Source of the DNA: Lactobacillus sp.
GTDB lineage: Bacteria > Bacillota > Bacilli > Lactobacillales > Lactobacillaceae
Reading direction: 5' to 3'
Assembly (NCBI GenBank): GCA_022651245.1
Contig: JALCQM010000009.1
Location: forward strand, 5,472-69,471
Length of the DNA: 64,000 nt
Made by a program: the position numbers and the translations under genes
Shown here: in pieces, positions 38,887 through 47,450 of the stretch
How the letters are laid out: each line of letters begins with the position of its first letter
Numbering within the stretch: the stretch's first letter is position 1
Notes under the pieces: model-generated
Seen by the model: the letters and a program-made list of their open reading frames with translations, nothing else
Told to the model about the DNA's origin: nothing
Databases searched by the model: none

Positions 38887-39231
38887 ATGGCAAACGTATA
38901 CGATACCGCATCCCAAATGGCAAAGGATCTCCAAGAAAGTCAACAATTCAAGGAGATGAAGCACGCCTTCGACATGCTCAAGCTGGATGCTGTGGCTTAC
39001 GCGCTGTTCCAACAGTTCCAAGAGAAGCAAATGACGCTGCAACAAAAGCAGATGAATGGTCAAGAAGTCACCAACGATGAAATTTCCGAGTTGCAAACGT
39101 TGGGGGACAAAATGCAAAACATGCAGCCGATCACGGATCTGATGGGCAAAGAACAGGCGTTGTCCCAAATGATGGACGAGTTGAACCGGACGATTTCACA
39201 ACCGATCATCGACATCTATCAAGGCAAATAA
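38887..39231 (+). CDS. UPF0342 / YheA-YmcA-YlbF-like protein
   Basis: 114 aa helical, Gln/Met-rich protein: MANVYDTASQMAKDLQESQQFKEMK... The ORF-track start at 38854 overlaps the PBP stop. Confidence 0.75.
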   Translation: MANVYDTASQMAKDLQESQQFKEMKHAFDMLKLDAVAYALFQQFQEKQMTLQQKQMNGQEVTNDEISELQTLGDKMQNMQPITDLMGKEQALSQMMDELNRTISQPIIDIYQGK

Positions 39232-39270
39232 TCCAAAAAGCTGCGCCTTAACCGGCAACGCGCAAAACAT

Positions 39271-39315
39271 AGGTGCCGCTGCGAATCGATTCGGTTTGCG
39301 GCGGCACCTTTCTTG
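39271..39315 (+). terminator. Terminator after the UPF0342 gene
   Basis: AGGTGCCGC ... GCGGCACCT outer stem with extended inner pairing, followed by TTTCTT. Confidence 0.7.
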
Positions 39316-39407
39316 CAGGGGGGATTTTCGTGTGAGCGTTGCCTTTTGTTCGTATTATCGCTATCATCGAAGTAGTCCAACAGTGACTTAGAAAAAGGTG
39401 AAGGCTA

Positions 39408-40376
39408 ATGGCAAAACAATTATTCGATTATCAAAATGGCGCGGAGCTGACCTTGCCCGTTCTCGTGAAATCAGCAGAAGTGCGGGTCACGAAGAATGGG
39501 AAAAAGTTTATCGCGTTCAATTTCCAAGACGCTTCAGGGCATATCTCGGCGAAATTCTGGGATGCTAGTGCAGACGACATCGCGCAGTTCAAGGCTGGCG
39601 AAGTCGTCTTACTGCACGGCAAACGTGAGCTTTATCAAGGTAATCCGCAGATCAAGATCTATAACCTGCGCCTGGCGACGCAAGAGGAAGGCAATAACCC
39701 TAGCGCTTATCAAGAGCGGGCTCCGGAAACGGCTGACGATATGGGGGAGGAGTTGAACGGCTTTATTTTCGACATCACCAACCCCAACTGGAATCGGATT
39801 GTTCGCAAGCTCTTGGGCGATCATAAGCAGGCCTTTTTGACGTATCCAGCGGCGAAGTCGAATCACCATGCCTTCACTGGTGGCTTGGCTTTTCACACGC
39901 TAAGCATTTTACGCTTGGCCCAAAGTGTCGCGGCCCAGTATTCAAGCGTCAACAAGCCGTTGCTTTATGCAGGCGCCATTTTGCATGATCTTGGGAAAAC
40001 CATGGAGCTCACCGGGCCAGTATCAACAGAGTACACGATGGAAGGGAATTTAATCGGGCATATCGTCTTGGTCGATGAGGCGGTCGTGCAAGCCGCCCAG
40101 GAGCTGCGCATCGATATCCACAGCGAAGATATGATCATGCTGCGGCACATGATCCTCAGTCACCATGGCTTGTTGGAATATGGTTCCCCCGTGCGGCCAG
40201 CGTTACTGGAAGCGCAGATCTTGCATAACCTCGACGATATGGATGCGCAGATCAATATGTTGACTACCGCGTATCAGCATGTCGATCCTGGCACCTTCAC
40301 AGAGCGGCTGTTCGGGATGGATAACCGGCGCTTCTACCGTCCAGCTAACGGTAAGGGCTATCCCGATCCGCATTAA
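39408..40376 (+). CDS. yhaM: 3'-5' exoribonuclease YhaM (OB-fold + HD domain)
   Basis: 322 aa. N-terminal OB fold (VRVTKNGKKFIAFNFQDASG) and HD domain (HHAFTGGLAFHTL...ILHDLGK). Confidence 0.9.
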   Translation: MAKQLFDYQNGAELTLPVLVKSAEVRVTKNGKKFIAFNFQDASGHISAKFWDASADDIAQFKAGEVVLLHGKRELYQGNPQIKIYNLRLATQEEGNNPSAYQERAPETADDMGEELNGFIFDITNPNWNRIVRKLLGDHKQAFLTYPAAKSNHHAFTGGLAFHTLSILRLAQSVAAQYSSVNKPLLYAGAILHDLGKTMELTGPVSTEYTMEGNLIGHIVLVDEAVVQAAQELRIDIHSEDMIMLRHMILSHHGLLEYGSPVRPALLEAQILHNLDDMDAQINMLTTAYQHVDPGTFTERLFGMDNRRFYRPANGKGYPDPH

Positions 40377-40408
40377 TGATACCGCCTAGGACAGTTAGCG
40401 AAAAAATA

Positions 40409-40451
40409 CCACACAAAAGGGTCAGCCGATTGGGCTGACCCTTTTGTGTGG
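40409..40451. terminator. Bidirectional terminator (yhaM / prsA)
   Basis: Perfect 19-bp stem CCACACAAAAGGGTCAGCC / GGCTGACCCTTTTGTGTGG with a 5-nt loop. Confidence 0.85.
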
Positions 40452-40457
40452 CGCTTA

Positions 40458-41375
40458 TTATTGACCTACGGAAGTAGAGGAGGTGGTGCTAGAAGAGGAG
40501 TTGTCCAAGTAAACGGACAGCACGTTCTTCAAGTCGTCATCCTTGATGGTGACATTGGCCTTCTTCAGGACCTTCTTGATCACGCCCGTCATCACGGTCG
40601 TGTCAGATTCCCAGCTGGTATACAGCTGCTTCTTCAATTCAGCCTTATGATCGGCTTCTTTACCCTTAGGGGTGACCTTGACGGCGCGGATCACGTGGTA
40701 ACCGTAGCTGGTCTTGATCGGAGTGGCGGTGTATTCGCCTTTCTTCGTTAACTTGAAAGCAGCCTTCTTGAATGTGGAATCCAAGCTGGTGTCGGTGTTA
40801 TCGAAGGCAGTCAACTTACCGGCATCACCAGAAGTCGCCGTATCGGTACTATACTTCTTCGCCAAGGTCTTGAAGTTAGCATCTGAATTATCAGCCGCCA
40901 ACTTCTTGATGATGTCTTCAGCCGTGGACTTCTTTGCCACCAAAATGTGTTGCACGGTGATCTTTGGTTGGTACTTCTTCCATTGAGCGTCGATCTGCTT
41001 TTGCGTTGGCTTCTTCAAGTCCTTCACAGCAGCTGCTGACAGAAGGGAAGTTTCGATTTGTTCTTTGAACGTCTTCGTGGTCAAGCCGTTTTGTTCCAAG
41101 GCAGAGCTAAAGCTGGAACCGTATTGCTTCTTGACCTTGTTGTATTGGGCGGTGACTTTCTTACTGGAGACCTTGTCGCCGTATTGCTGTTGCAAAGCCT
41201 TCAAGACAATCATGCTGCGTAAGGTCGATTGGCCGGCGCTAGAAGATTTCAATTCTTCATAGTAGTCGTCCTTTGTGATCTTAGCGCCTTTCATGCTGGC
41301 AACAGTACTGCTACCACAACCGGCAAGTGTAGCGGCAAGCAGTAAGCCTGCGATACCGACGATCCATTTCTTCAT
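40458..41375 (-). CDS. prsA: Foldase lipoprotein PrsA (parvulin-type PPIase)
   Basis: MKKWIVGIAGLLLAATLAGC lipobox and a parvulin domain (VQHILVAKKSTAEDI...SYGYHVI). Confidence 0.9.
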   Translation of the reverse strand: MKKWIVGIAGLLLAATLAGCGSSTVASMKGAKITKDDYYEELKSSSAGQSTLRSMIVLKALQQQYGDKVSSKKVTAQYNKVKKQYGSSFSSALEQNGLTTKTFKEQIETSLLSAAAVKDLKKPTQKQIDAQWKKYQPKITVQHILVAKKSTAEDIIKKLAADNSDANFKTLAKKYSTDTATSGDAGKLTAFDNTDTSLDSTFKKAAFKLTKKGEYTATPIKTSYGYHVIRAVKVTPKGKEADHKAELKKQLYTSWESDTTVMTGVIKKVLKKANVTIKDDDLKNVLSVYLDNSSSSTTSSTSVGQ

Positions 41376-41472
41376 TCTGTACACACATCCTAATTAAGAG
41401 TATTTTGCATATTTCGCACGTGGTCTAATATACCACAAGTGCCCAGTACCTGTCCGGGGTTTCACAGAACCT

Positions 41473-41823
41473 TCATAATTCTGGCGGGGTTTGGGCCAAT
41501 GTTTCAGTGGCGTCGTTGATCCGCTCCAGCGTGTCATTGAGCTGCTGAACGTGCGGTTGCGTCTGGAATTCAAAATCTGTGGCCGCTGCTTGGATATCCG
41601 CAACTGCAGGCTTCAAAGTGGTATTGACTTCGTCTTTGAGCGCCGTGGTCGCTTGACTAAACCGTTTGACAGCTTTTTGGACGTCACCGGTGGCACTGGT
41701 CAGCGAATCAAGATACTGGCTGATTTGGGCTTGACGTTGCGGGCCGGAATGCTTGGTCGTCAATAAGGCGTAGGCCGTGCCAGCGACGGCACCAACGAGT
41801 AATCCAGTCGTGAACTTAGCCAT
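41473..41823 (-). CDS. YtxH-domain protein
   Basis: 116 aa. N-terminal helix FTTGLLVGAVAGTAYALL followed by a helical, Gln/Thr/Ala-rich region. Confidence 0.75.
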   Translation of the reverse strand: MAKFTTGLLVGAVAGTAYALLTTKHSGPQRQAQISQYLDSLTSATGDVQKAVKRFSQATTALKDEVNTTLKPAVADIQAAATDFEFQTQPHVQQLNDTLERINDATETLAQTPPEL

Positions 41824-41824
41824 T

Positions 41825-42259
41825 TTACTCGCCTACCTTATCGCGGATACGCTGGGCGATCGCTTCTAGCTGGGTATTGTCATATTGGTCGGTATGGTCG
41901 CCGAAGTGAATGCTGAAGTCGTCAGCGGTACTATACCGCGGCAAGAGGTGGATGTGAGAGTGGAAGACACTTTGGTAGGCGATCTCACCATTGTTGTTCA
42001 TGATGTTCATACCTTGGATCTTTGGGTCGCTGGCCTTGATCGCCTTAGCGATCTTAGGGATGCGGCTGAAAACGGCCGCAGCTAATTCGGCATCGTAGGC
42101 AAAAATATCTGGGACATGCTTTTTAGGGACGACCAACGTGTGCCCCGGCGTGACTTGGGAAATATCTAAGAACGCTTTGACCACGTCATCTTCATATACG
42201 GTGACGCTAGGGATCTCGTTGTTGATGATTTTGCAAAAAATACAATCTGTCATGGTCAA
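41825..42259 (-). CDS. hit: HIT-family nucleotide hydrolase
   Basis: 144 aa; CIFCKII and histidine triad HSHIHLLPR. Divergent from ecsAB, as in Bacillus. Confidence 0.9.
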   Translation of the reverse strand: MTMTDCIFCKIINNEIPSVTVYEDDVVKAFLDISQVTPGHTLVVPKKHVPDIFAYDAELAAAVFSRIPKIAKAIKASDPKIQGMNIMNNNGEIAYQSVFHSHIHLLPRYSTADDFSIHFGDHTDQYDNTQLEAIAQRIRDKVGE

Positions 42260-42382
42260 TTCCTCTTTCCTGATCAGTTTTGGTTTGGTTTCATGCTATC
42301 ATAGATTAAATCGTGAGAAAACGAAAATCAGTAGACGCGCTTAGGTGGGCAGGCCGCTTAGGGGCGTTTTTGGAGGCATTTC

Positions 42383-43117
42383 ATGTTAGAGATTCAACAA
42401 TTGACCGGCGGTTATGGCACCGTGCCGGTATTAAAAAATGTATCCTTCACCATCCCGGATGGGACCATCACCGGTCTGATCGGTTTGAACGGAGCGGGGA
42501 AGTCGACCACGATCAAGCACATCATCGGCTTGTTGCGCCCGCTCAAAGGAACGATCACGGTGGCGGGGCACACGTTAGCGGATGACCCAGAAGCGTACCG
42601 TCAGGCATTGGCGTATGTGCCAGAAACGCCGGTATTGTATCCAGAGCTGACCCTGAAAGAGCACTTAGAGCTGACGATCATGGCGTATGCGCTCGAGCCC
42701 AAGGCGGCCTGGGAGCGGGCCAACGAGATGTTAGTGCGATTTCGGCTCGATAATAAGCTTGATTGGTTCCCAGATAATTTCTCTAAAGGGATGAAGCAAA
42801 AGGTCATGATTGTCGCAGCGTTTATGACTGAGGCAAAGCTGTTCATCATTGATGAACCGTTCACAGGCCTAGACCCACTGGCGGTGCATGACTTACTTGA
42901 TTTGGTGCAAGCCAAAAAGGCTGCTGGCGCGTCGGTGCTGATGTCGACGCACATCTTGGCGACCGCGCAACAATATGCGGATCGGTTCGTCTTGCTTAAA
43001 GACGGCCAGGTGCGTGCTGATGGGGACTTAGCGCAGTTGAAGCGGGAATTCGGGCTTGCTGATGCCAGCCTTGATGATATTTACTTGGCGATGACAGCGG
43101 AAGGGAGCCAAGCATGA
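42383..43117 (+). CDS. ecsA: ABC transporter ATP-binding protein EcsA
   Basis: Walker A GLNGAGKST, signature FSKGMKQK, Walker B LFIIDEPF. hit-ecsA-ecsB synteny. Confidence 0.85.
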   Translation: MLEIQQLTGGYGTVPVLKNVSFTIPDGTITGLIGLNGAGKSTTIKHIIGLLRPLKGTITVAGHTLADDPEAYRQALAYVPETPVLYPELTLKEHLELTIMAYALEPKAAWERANEMLVRFRLDNKLDWFPDNFSKGMKQKVMIVAAFMTEAKLFIIDEPFTGLDPLAVHDLLDLVQAKKAAGASVLMSTHILATAQQYADRFVLLKDGQVRADGDLAQLKREFGLADASLDDIYLAMTAEGSQA

Positions 43118-44325
43118 GACGGTTATGGCGCCAACGCTTACGGCAACATGCCAAAGCACAGTTCAAATATTTACAGCTCGTTTTCAATGATCACTTCGTT
43201 TTGGTACTCGTGATCCTGTTGGGGGCGTTGTTGTATGGGTATTCGCAGGTGCTCAAGACCATGACGGCCACCTGGTGGCTCGGGCCGGCCTTGGCTTTGA
43301 TCTTGGTCGCCTTGTTGGCTTTGGGCCGGTTGGCCACGCTCACGATGCCAGCCGACGCCACGTTTTTACTCCCTAAAAGTGCCGAATTTAGCCGTTACCT
43401 GTTCAAAGCACGCCGATACAGTCTGCTGTTACCGGTCATCTTGTTGGTCTTTGCGACGATCGCCGCGTTACCGCTATTGCCGATTTTGAAGTTAGGCGCG
43501 CTGTCGGCTGTTTTACCGTTGGGCGTCGCGCTGCTCGCGTTAAAAGATAGCGACCTGTGGGTGCAGTTGTTGGCCTTTTATCCGCAACGGGTACCGCGGT
43601 GGTGTCGCCGATGGTTGCTGTTAATCGTGGCTTATCTCGCATTATTGGCGGGCTTTTGGTGGCATCCGGCACTCACCATGTGCGTCGCGTTAGTCATCGA
43701 TCTGGGGCTGCGGTGGCGACTGAATGAGTGGTTGGCACCGGCTGAATTGGCGTGGTTGCCGATGATCGACGCAGAGGCTCGACGGATGAGCCGCATCTAT
43801 CGCTTTTACAACTTGTTCACCGATGTGCCAGGGTTAAGTGGCGGGGTCAAAAGGCGTCGGTACCTTGATGGGTTTGCCCATTTGGTGGCCAAGGGGCAAA
43901 AGCGGACCTGGCTGTGGCTAATGGTTCGAGGATTCTTGCGGCGGACAGAATTCATCGGCCTGTATGTGCGCCTCGTGGTGATCGGCGCGGTCGTGATCGC
44001 ATTGGTTGACCAGTGGTGGTTAGCGGCTTTATTGGCGGCCTTGTTCACCTACATGATCGGCTTTCAACTCCTACCATTGTATCAGGTCCATGACGAGATC
44101 GTCTTCACCTACCTCTACCCCTTAGCGGTGACGCAAAAGCCCCAAGCTTTCAAGCGCTTGTTAGGCGTGTTGTTGTTGCTTGCGGCCGGTGGTTTGGCGT
44201 GTGGGGCTTTGATCAGTGGCCACTGGCTGGTGGCCGGCAGCGCATTGGTGGCTGGGATCATCGTCGCGATCGCCGTTGCTTGGTGGTATTTGCCGACTCG
44301 CTTGGCCAAGTTGGCCGTCCGGTAG
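43114..44325 (+). CDS. ecsB: ABC transporter permease EcsB
   Basis: 403 aa multi-TM protein with an EcsB-like N-terminus (WRQRLRQHAKAQFKYLQLVFNDHFVLVL). ATGA overlap with ecsA. Confidence 0.8.
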   Translation: MRRLWRQRLRQHAKAQFKYLQLVFNDHFVLVLVILLGALLYGYSQVLKTMTATWWLGPALALILVALLALGRLATLTMPADATFLLPKSAEFSRYLFKARRYSLLLPVILLVFATIAALPLLPILKLGALSAVLPLGVALLALKDSDLWVQLLAFYPQRVPRWCRRWLLLIVAYLALLAGFWWHPALTMCVALVIDLGLRWRLNEWLAPAELAWLPMIDAEARRMSRIYRFYNLFTDVPGLSGGVKRRRYLDGFAHLVAKGQKRTWLWLMVRGFLRRTEFIGLYVRLVVIGAVVIALVDQWWLAALLAALFTYMIGFQLLPLYQVHDEIVFTYLYPLAVTQKPQAFKRLLGVLLLLAAGGLACGALISGHWLVAGSALVAGIIVAIAVAWWYLPTRLAKLAVR

Positions 44326-44342
44326 GGAACGCACGCTCCGGC

Positions 44343-44371
44343 TTGACGATAAGGCGGCGGCTTAGTACACT
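44343..44371 (+). promoter_or_regulatory. Putative promoter of the ytmP-like / trmB genes
   Basis: TTGACG, 17-nt spacer, TACACT. Confidence 0.45.
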
Positions 44372-44461
44372 GTTTTTTGGAAACTCATCCGGTTTTCACG
44401 GGTGATCGCGATCTGAGCCGTTTTGCGGCCAGTCCAGCGGCTTACGTAAGGAGTGATGCCT

Positions 44462-45232
44462 ATGGATTTTGATTTAGATCCCGGATGGTCGCTGCAGCCT
44501 GTTGGTGGCACTACCGGCGGCGCCTTTATGGGCGTCCACGCACATGAGAAGTTCTTTTTAAAACGGAATGCGTCCCCATTTTTGGCGGCCTTGTCAGTCG
44601 AGGGCATCACGCCCAAGCTGATCTGGACCAAACGCATGACGACAGGCGATGTTTTGACCGCCCAAGAATGGCTCAACGGCCATACCCTGACGCGGCAGCA
44701 GATGAATACCCCGATGGTGGCGCAGCTGTTGGCCCGCGTGCACCACTCGCAATTATTGCAGCGGATGTTGCAAAAAGTCGGGGGCCCTGGTAAAACACCG
44801 GCGCAACTGCGGGATCAGTATGTCGCAGACTTACCCTTAAGTTTGCGACAGCACCCGTTGGTCGCCGAAGTGGCGCAACGCCTTAAGGTGGCGCCGCAAG
44901 TGACGACTAAGACGGTTTGTCACGGCGACCTTAACCACAAGAACTGGTTGTTATCGGATGCGCAGCGGCTTTACTTAGTGGATTGGGATCAGGCCAGCAT
45001 CGGTGATCCTGCCTTTGACCTATCGGTGGTTTTGATCAACTATGTGCCGCGCGATCAGTGGGCACAGTGGTTACAGGCTTACGGCTGCCAGCTAGACGCA
45101 GCCTTGAGAGCCCGACTGTTGTGGTATGGCCAATTGCATTTGCTCAGTGAGATCAAGCGTGGGTTCGAAGCGCAACGGTATACTGAGATGAACCAGGCAA
45201 TTCTCCAGCTCCAACAGCTGGTGCAGCAATGA
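44462..45232 (+). CDS. Phosphotransferase-family (APH/choline-kinase-like) protein, YtmP-like
   Basis: HGDLNHKNWL catalytic loop and VDWD. The ATG at 44462 is 8 nt after AAGGAG. Adjacent to trmB, as ytmP-ytmQ are in Bacillus. Confidence 0.8.
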   Translation: MDFDLDPGWSLQPVGGTTGGAFMGVHAHEKFFLKRNASPFLAALSVEGITPKLIWTKRMTTGDVLTAQEWLNGHTLTRQQMNTPMVAQLLARVHHSQLLQRMLQKVGGPGKTPAQLRDQYVADLPLSLRQHPLVAEVAQRLKVAPQVTTKTVCHGDLNHKNWLLSDAQRLYLVDWDQASIGDPAFDLSVVLINYVPRDQWAQWLQAYGCQLDAALRARLLWYGQLHLLSEIKRGFEAQRYTEMNQAILQLQQLVQQ

Positions 45233-45286
45233 TACTTGACCGGCGCTGACTCTGTCGCGCCGGCTTTTTATGACATAGGAGGAATC

Positions 45287-45937
45287 ATGCGGTTACGAAA
45301 CAAACCTTGGGCGGCGCCATTGATCGCTGCTCACCCCGAATATATTTTGGCGCGACCAGAAGCCATGCCTGGAAAATGGCAAGCGCGGTTTGCGGACAAG
45401 CAACCCCTGTACCTTGAGGTGGGTTCCGGTAAAGGGCAATTCATCATTGCCATGGCGCAGCAACACCCTGAGCAAAATTTCATTGCCTTAGAGATTCAAG
45501 ACGTGGCAATCGCTTATATCTTACGCAAGCAAGTTGAGCTGGGGCTGCCGAATTTGCAACTGCTATTAGGGGATGGCGCGGATCTGACCGAATACTTTGC
45601 GCCAGGTGAGGTGACAGGGGTGTTCTTGAACTTCTCAGATCCTTGGCCGAAAACGAAGCATGAAAAACGCCGCCTCACCTACAAGACCTTCCTTGATCAG
45701 TACAAGGCGATCATGCAAGTCGGCGGCACCTTACAGTTTAAGACGGATAACCAAGGCTTCTTCGAGTACTCCTTAGTTAGCATGAATAATTATGGCATGC
45801 ATTACGACCTAGTCGCGTTAGATCTGCACCAAGATGCGCGGGTCACGGATAACGTTGAAACCGAGTACGAGCATAAATTTAGTTCTAAAGGTGGCCGGAT
45901 CTATGAACTTGTCGCCCGTTTCGATGTTCGTGACTAA
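45287..45937 (+). CDS. trmB: tRNA (guanine46-N7)-methyltransferase
   Basis: MRLRNKPWA...; SAM-binding [10 protein letters not shown]; FSDPWPK motif. GGAGG RBS. Confidence 0.92.
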   Translation: MRLRNKPWAAPLIAAHPEYILARPEAMPGKWQARFADKQPLYLEVGSGKGQFIIAMAQQHPEQNFIALEIQDVAIAYILRKQVELGLPNLQLLLGDGADLTEYFAPGEVTGVFLNFSDPWPKTKHEKRRLTYKTFLDQYKAIMQVGGTLQFKTDNQGFFEYSLVSMNNYGMHYDLVALDLHQDARVTDNVETEYEHKFSSKGGRIYELVARFDVRD

Positions 45938-46215
45938 CCCCAACGCAACAAGGCACCGTTTGCGGAAATCGTGAACGGCTGTGGGTGACCATCAATGATC
46001 AAGCCACAGCTGTAGCTCGCCAACAAGACGTCACCGCCGGCCATTTGGCTTGGGGTATGGGTGATCCATCCACCACTGATCGTCCCCATATTGGCTGCCG
46101 CTTGTTGCACTTGGCGGTAGCGACGCTGTGGTAAGGTTTGGTGCCAGTAATGGTGATATAGCCAAGCGGTGGCGGCGCCACAGGCTGTGGCAATAACGAA
46201 TGGCGTTTTTGACAT
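45934..46215 (-). CDS. Small hypothetical protein (93 aa) with one N-terminal hydrophobic helix
   Basis: [20 protein letters not shown]... The ATG at 46215 follows GGAGGATACGTG. Its stop codon overlaps the trmB stop. Confidence 0.5.
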   Translation of the reverse strand: MSKTPFVIATACGAATAWLYHHYWHQTLPQRRYRQVQQAAANMGTISGGWITHTPSQMAGGDVLLASYSCGLIIDGHPQPFTISANGALLRWG

Positions 46216-46267
46216 CACGTATCCTCCAGTTTTAAGGTTAGTATAGACGAAAACGTGCAGGCATGCA

Positions 46268-46296
46268 TTGCCAACTTGGCGAATCACGCGTATACT
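46268..46296 (+). promoter_or_regulatory. Putative promoter of the thioredoxin-like gene
   Basis: TTGCCA, 17-nt spacer, TATACT. Confidence 0.5.
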
Positions 46297-46331
46297 GTAC
46301 TTATAAAATGTAAGTGAAAGGGTGTTGACAC

Positions 46332-46652
46332 ATGAAGCAATTTGATTCCGATGATAAGATCCGCGCCGAGATTAAGACCCCGGGCAAGAAGATGCTGTTC
46401 TTTACCGCCGACTGGTGCCCGGATTGCCGGTTCATCAAGCCGGCAATGCCAGCAATCGAGGAAGAATACGGCGACTACGAGTTTATCTTAGTTGATCGTG
46501 ACGAAAACATCGCTGTTGCTCAAGACATGGGCGTGATGGGGATCCCGAGTTTTATTGCCTTCAATGATGGCCAAGAAACCGGCCGCTTCGTCAACAAAGA
46601 CCGTAAAACTAAGACCGAGGTCGAAAGCTTCATCAATGGCTTGCCGGGTTAA
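46332..46652 (+). CDS. Thioredoxin-family protein (YtpP-like)
   Basis: 106 aa with a WCPDC active site. Confidence 0.88.
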   Translation: MKQFDSDDKIRAEIKTPGKKMLFFTADWCPDCRFIKPAMPAIEEEYGDYEFILVDRDENIAVAQDMGVMGIPSFIAFNDGQETGRFVNKDRKTKTEVESFINGLPG

Positions 46653-46691
46653 GAAGGAAAGGAAGCCAAGCATGGGCTTGGCAAGGGAAGA

Positions 46692-47333
46692 ATGTTAATT
46701 ACCACTTATAATGAACCAGCTTTAGGCGACACATTGATCGCGATTCTCGGCCCTGATCAAGCAACCCAGACGGTCAAGCGCCAAGGCGATATCGTCGGCA
46801 TCTACGGTGCAAACGGCGACGTGATCGGTTTCAACTTCTTCAAGCTACACCAGTGGTTACCGGATTTTTCTGGTCACGGGGCGGTGACGCTGACACCAGC
46901 ACAATTGACGACGCTGAATCAGGCCATCGCCGCGGCAGATTTACCGGGGGCACTCCCATTGCGTACGCCCGCTCGGATCGTCATTGGCAAGATCGTTGAA
47001 TTGACGGCGCATCCAGACTCAGATCACCTGCACGTGACGAAGGTGGATCTCGGTGCTGAAGGCGTCAAACAGATCGTCTGTGGTGCCCCGAACGCAGCGT
47101 TAGGCGAAACGGTCGTTGCCGCGTTGCCTGGTGCGATGATGCCAGATGGCAAACTGATCTGGCCAGGCAAGCTGCGCGGCGTGGATTCTTATGGGATGTT
47201 GTGCGCAGCGCGGGAATTAGCGTTGCCTAACGCGCCGCAAGCCCGTGGAATTTTGATCATGCCGGACAATTTGACTGCCGGCACACCGTTTGATTTTGAC
47301 CAAGCGGCAACGGTCTTGGCCGCGCAGGCATAG
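46692..47333 (+). CDS. ytpR: YtpR-family tRNA-binding protein
   Basis: 213 aa. The C-terminal CsaA/tRNA-binding OB domain reads HPDSDHLHVTKVDLG...QIVCGAPN...GVDSYGMLC. Confidence 0.85.
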   Translation: MLITTYNEPALGDTLIAILGPDQATQTVKRQGDIVGIYGANGDVIGFNFFKLHQWLPDFSGHGAVTLTPAQLTTLNQAIAAADLPGALPLRTPARIVIGKIVELTAHPDSDHLHVTKVDLGAEGVKQIVCGAPNAALGETVVAALPGAMMPDGKLIWPGKLRGVDSYGMLCAARELALPNAPQARGILIMPDNLTAGTPFDFDQAATVLAAQA

Positions 47334-47347
47334 TGTGAAAATAATTC

Positions 47348-47380
47348 ACCGTGAATCTTATAAGATTCACGGTTTTTTTG
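47348..47380 (+). terminator. ytpR terminator
   Basis: ACCGTGAATCTTA / TAAGATTCACGGT perfect hairpin followed by TTTTTTT. Confidence 0.85.
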
Positions 47381-47450
47381 TGGAAAAGGCGGAACCGCCC
47401 GCTGTCTATGCTAAAATAGAGGCTATTGAGATTCAGAAAGGAAGATCACT

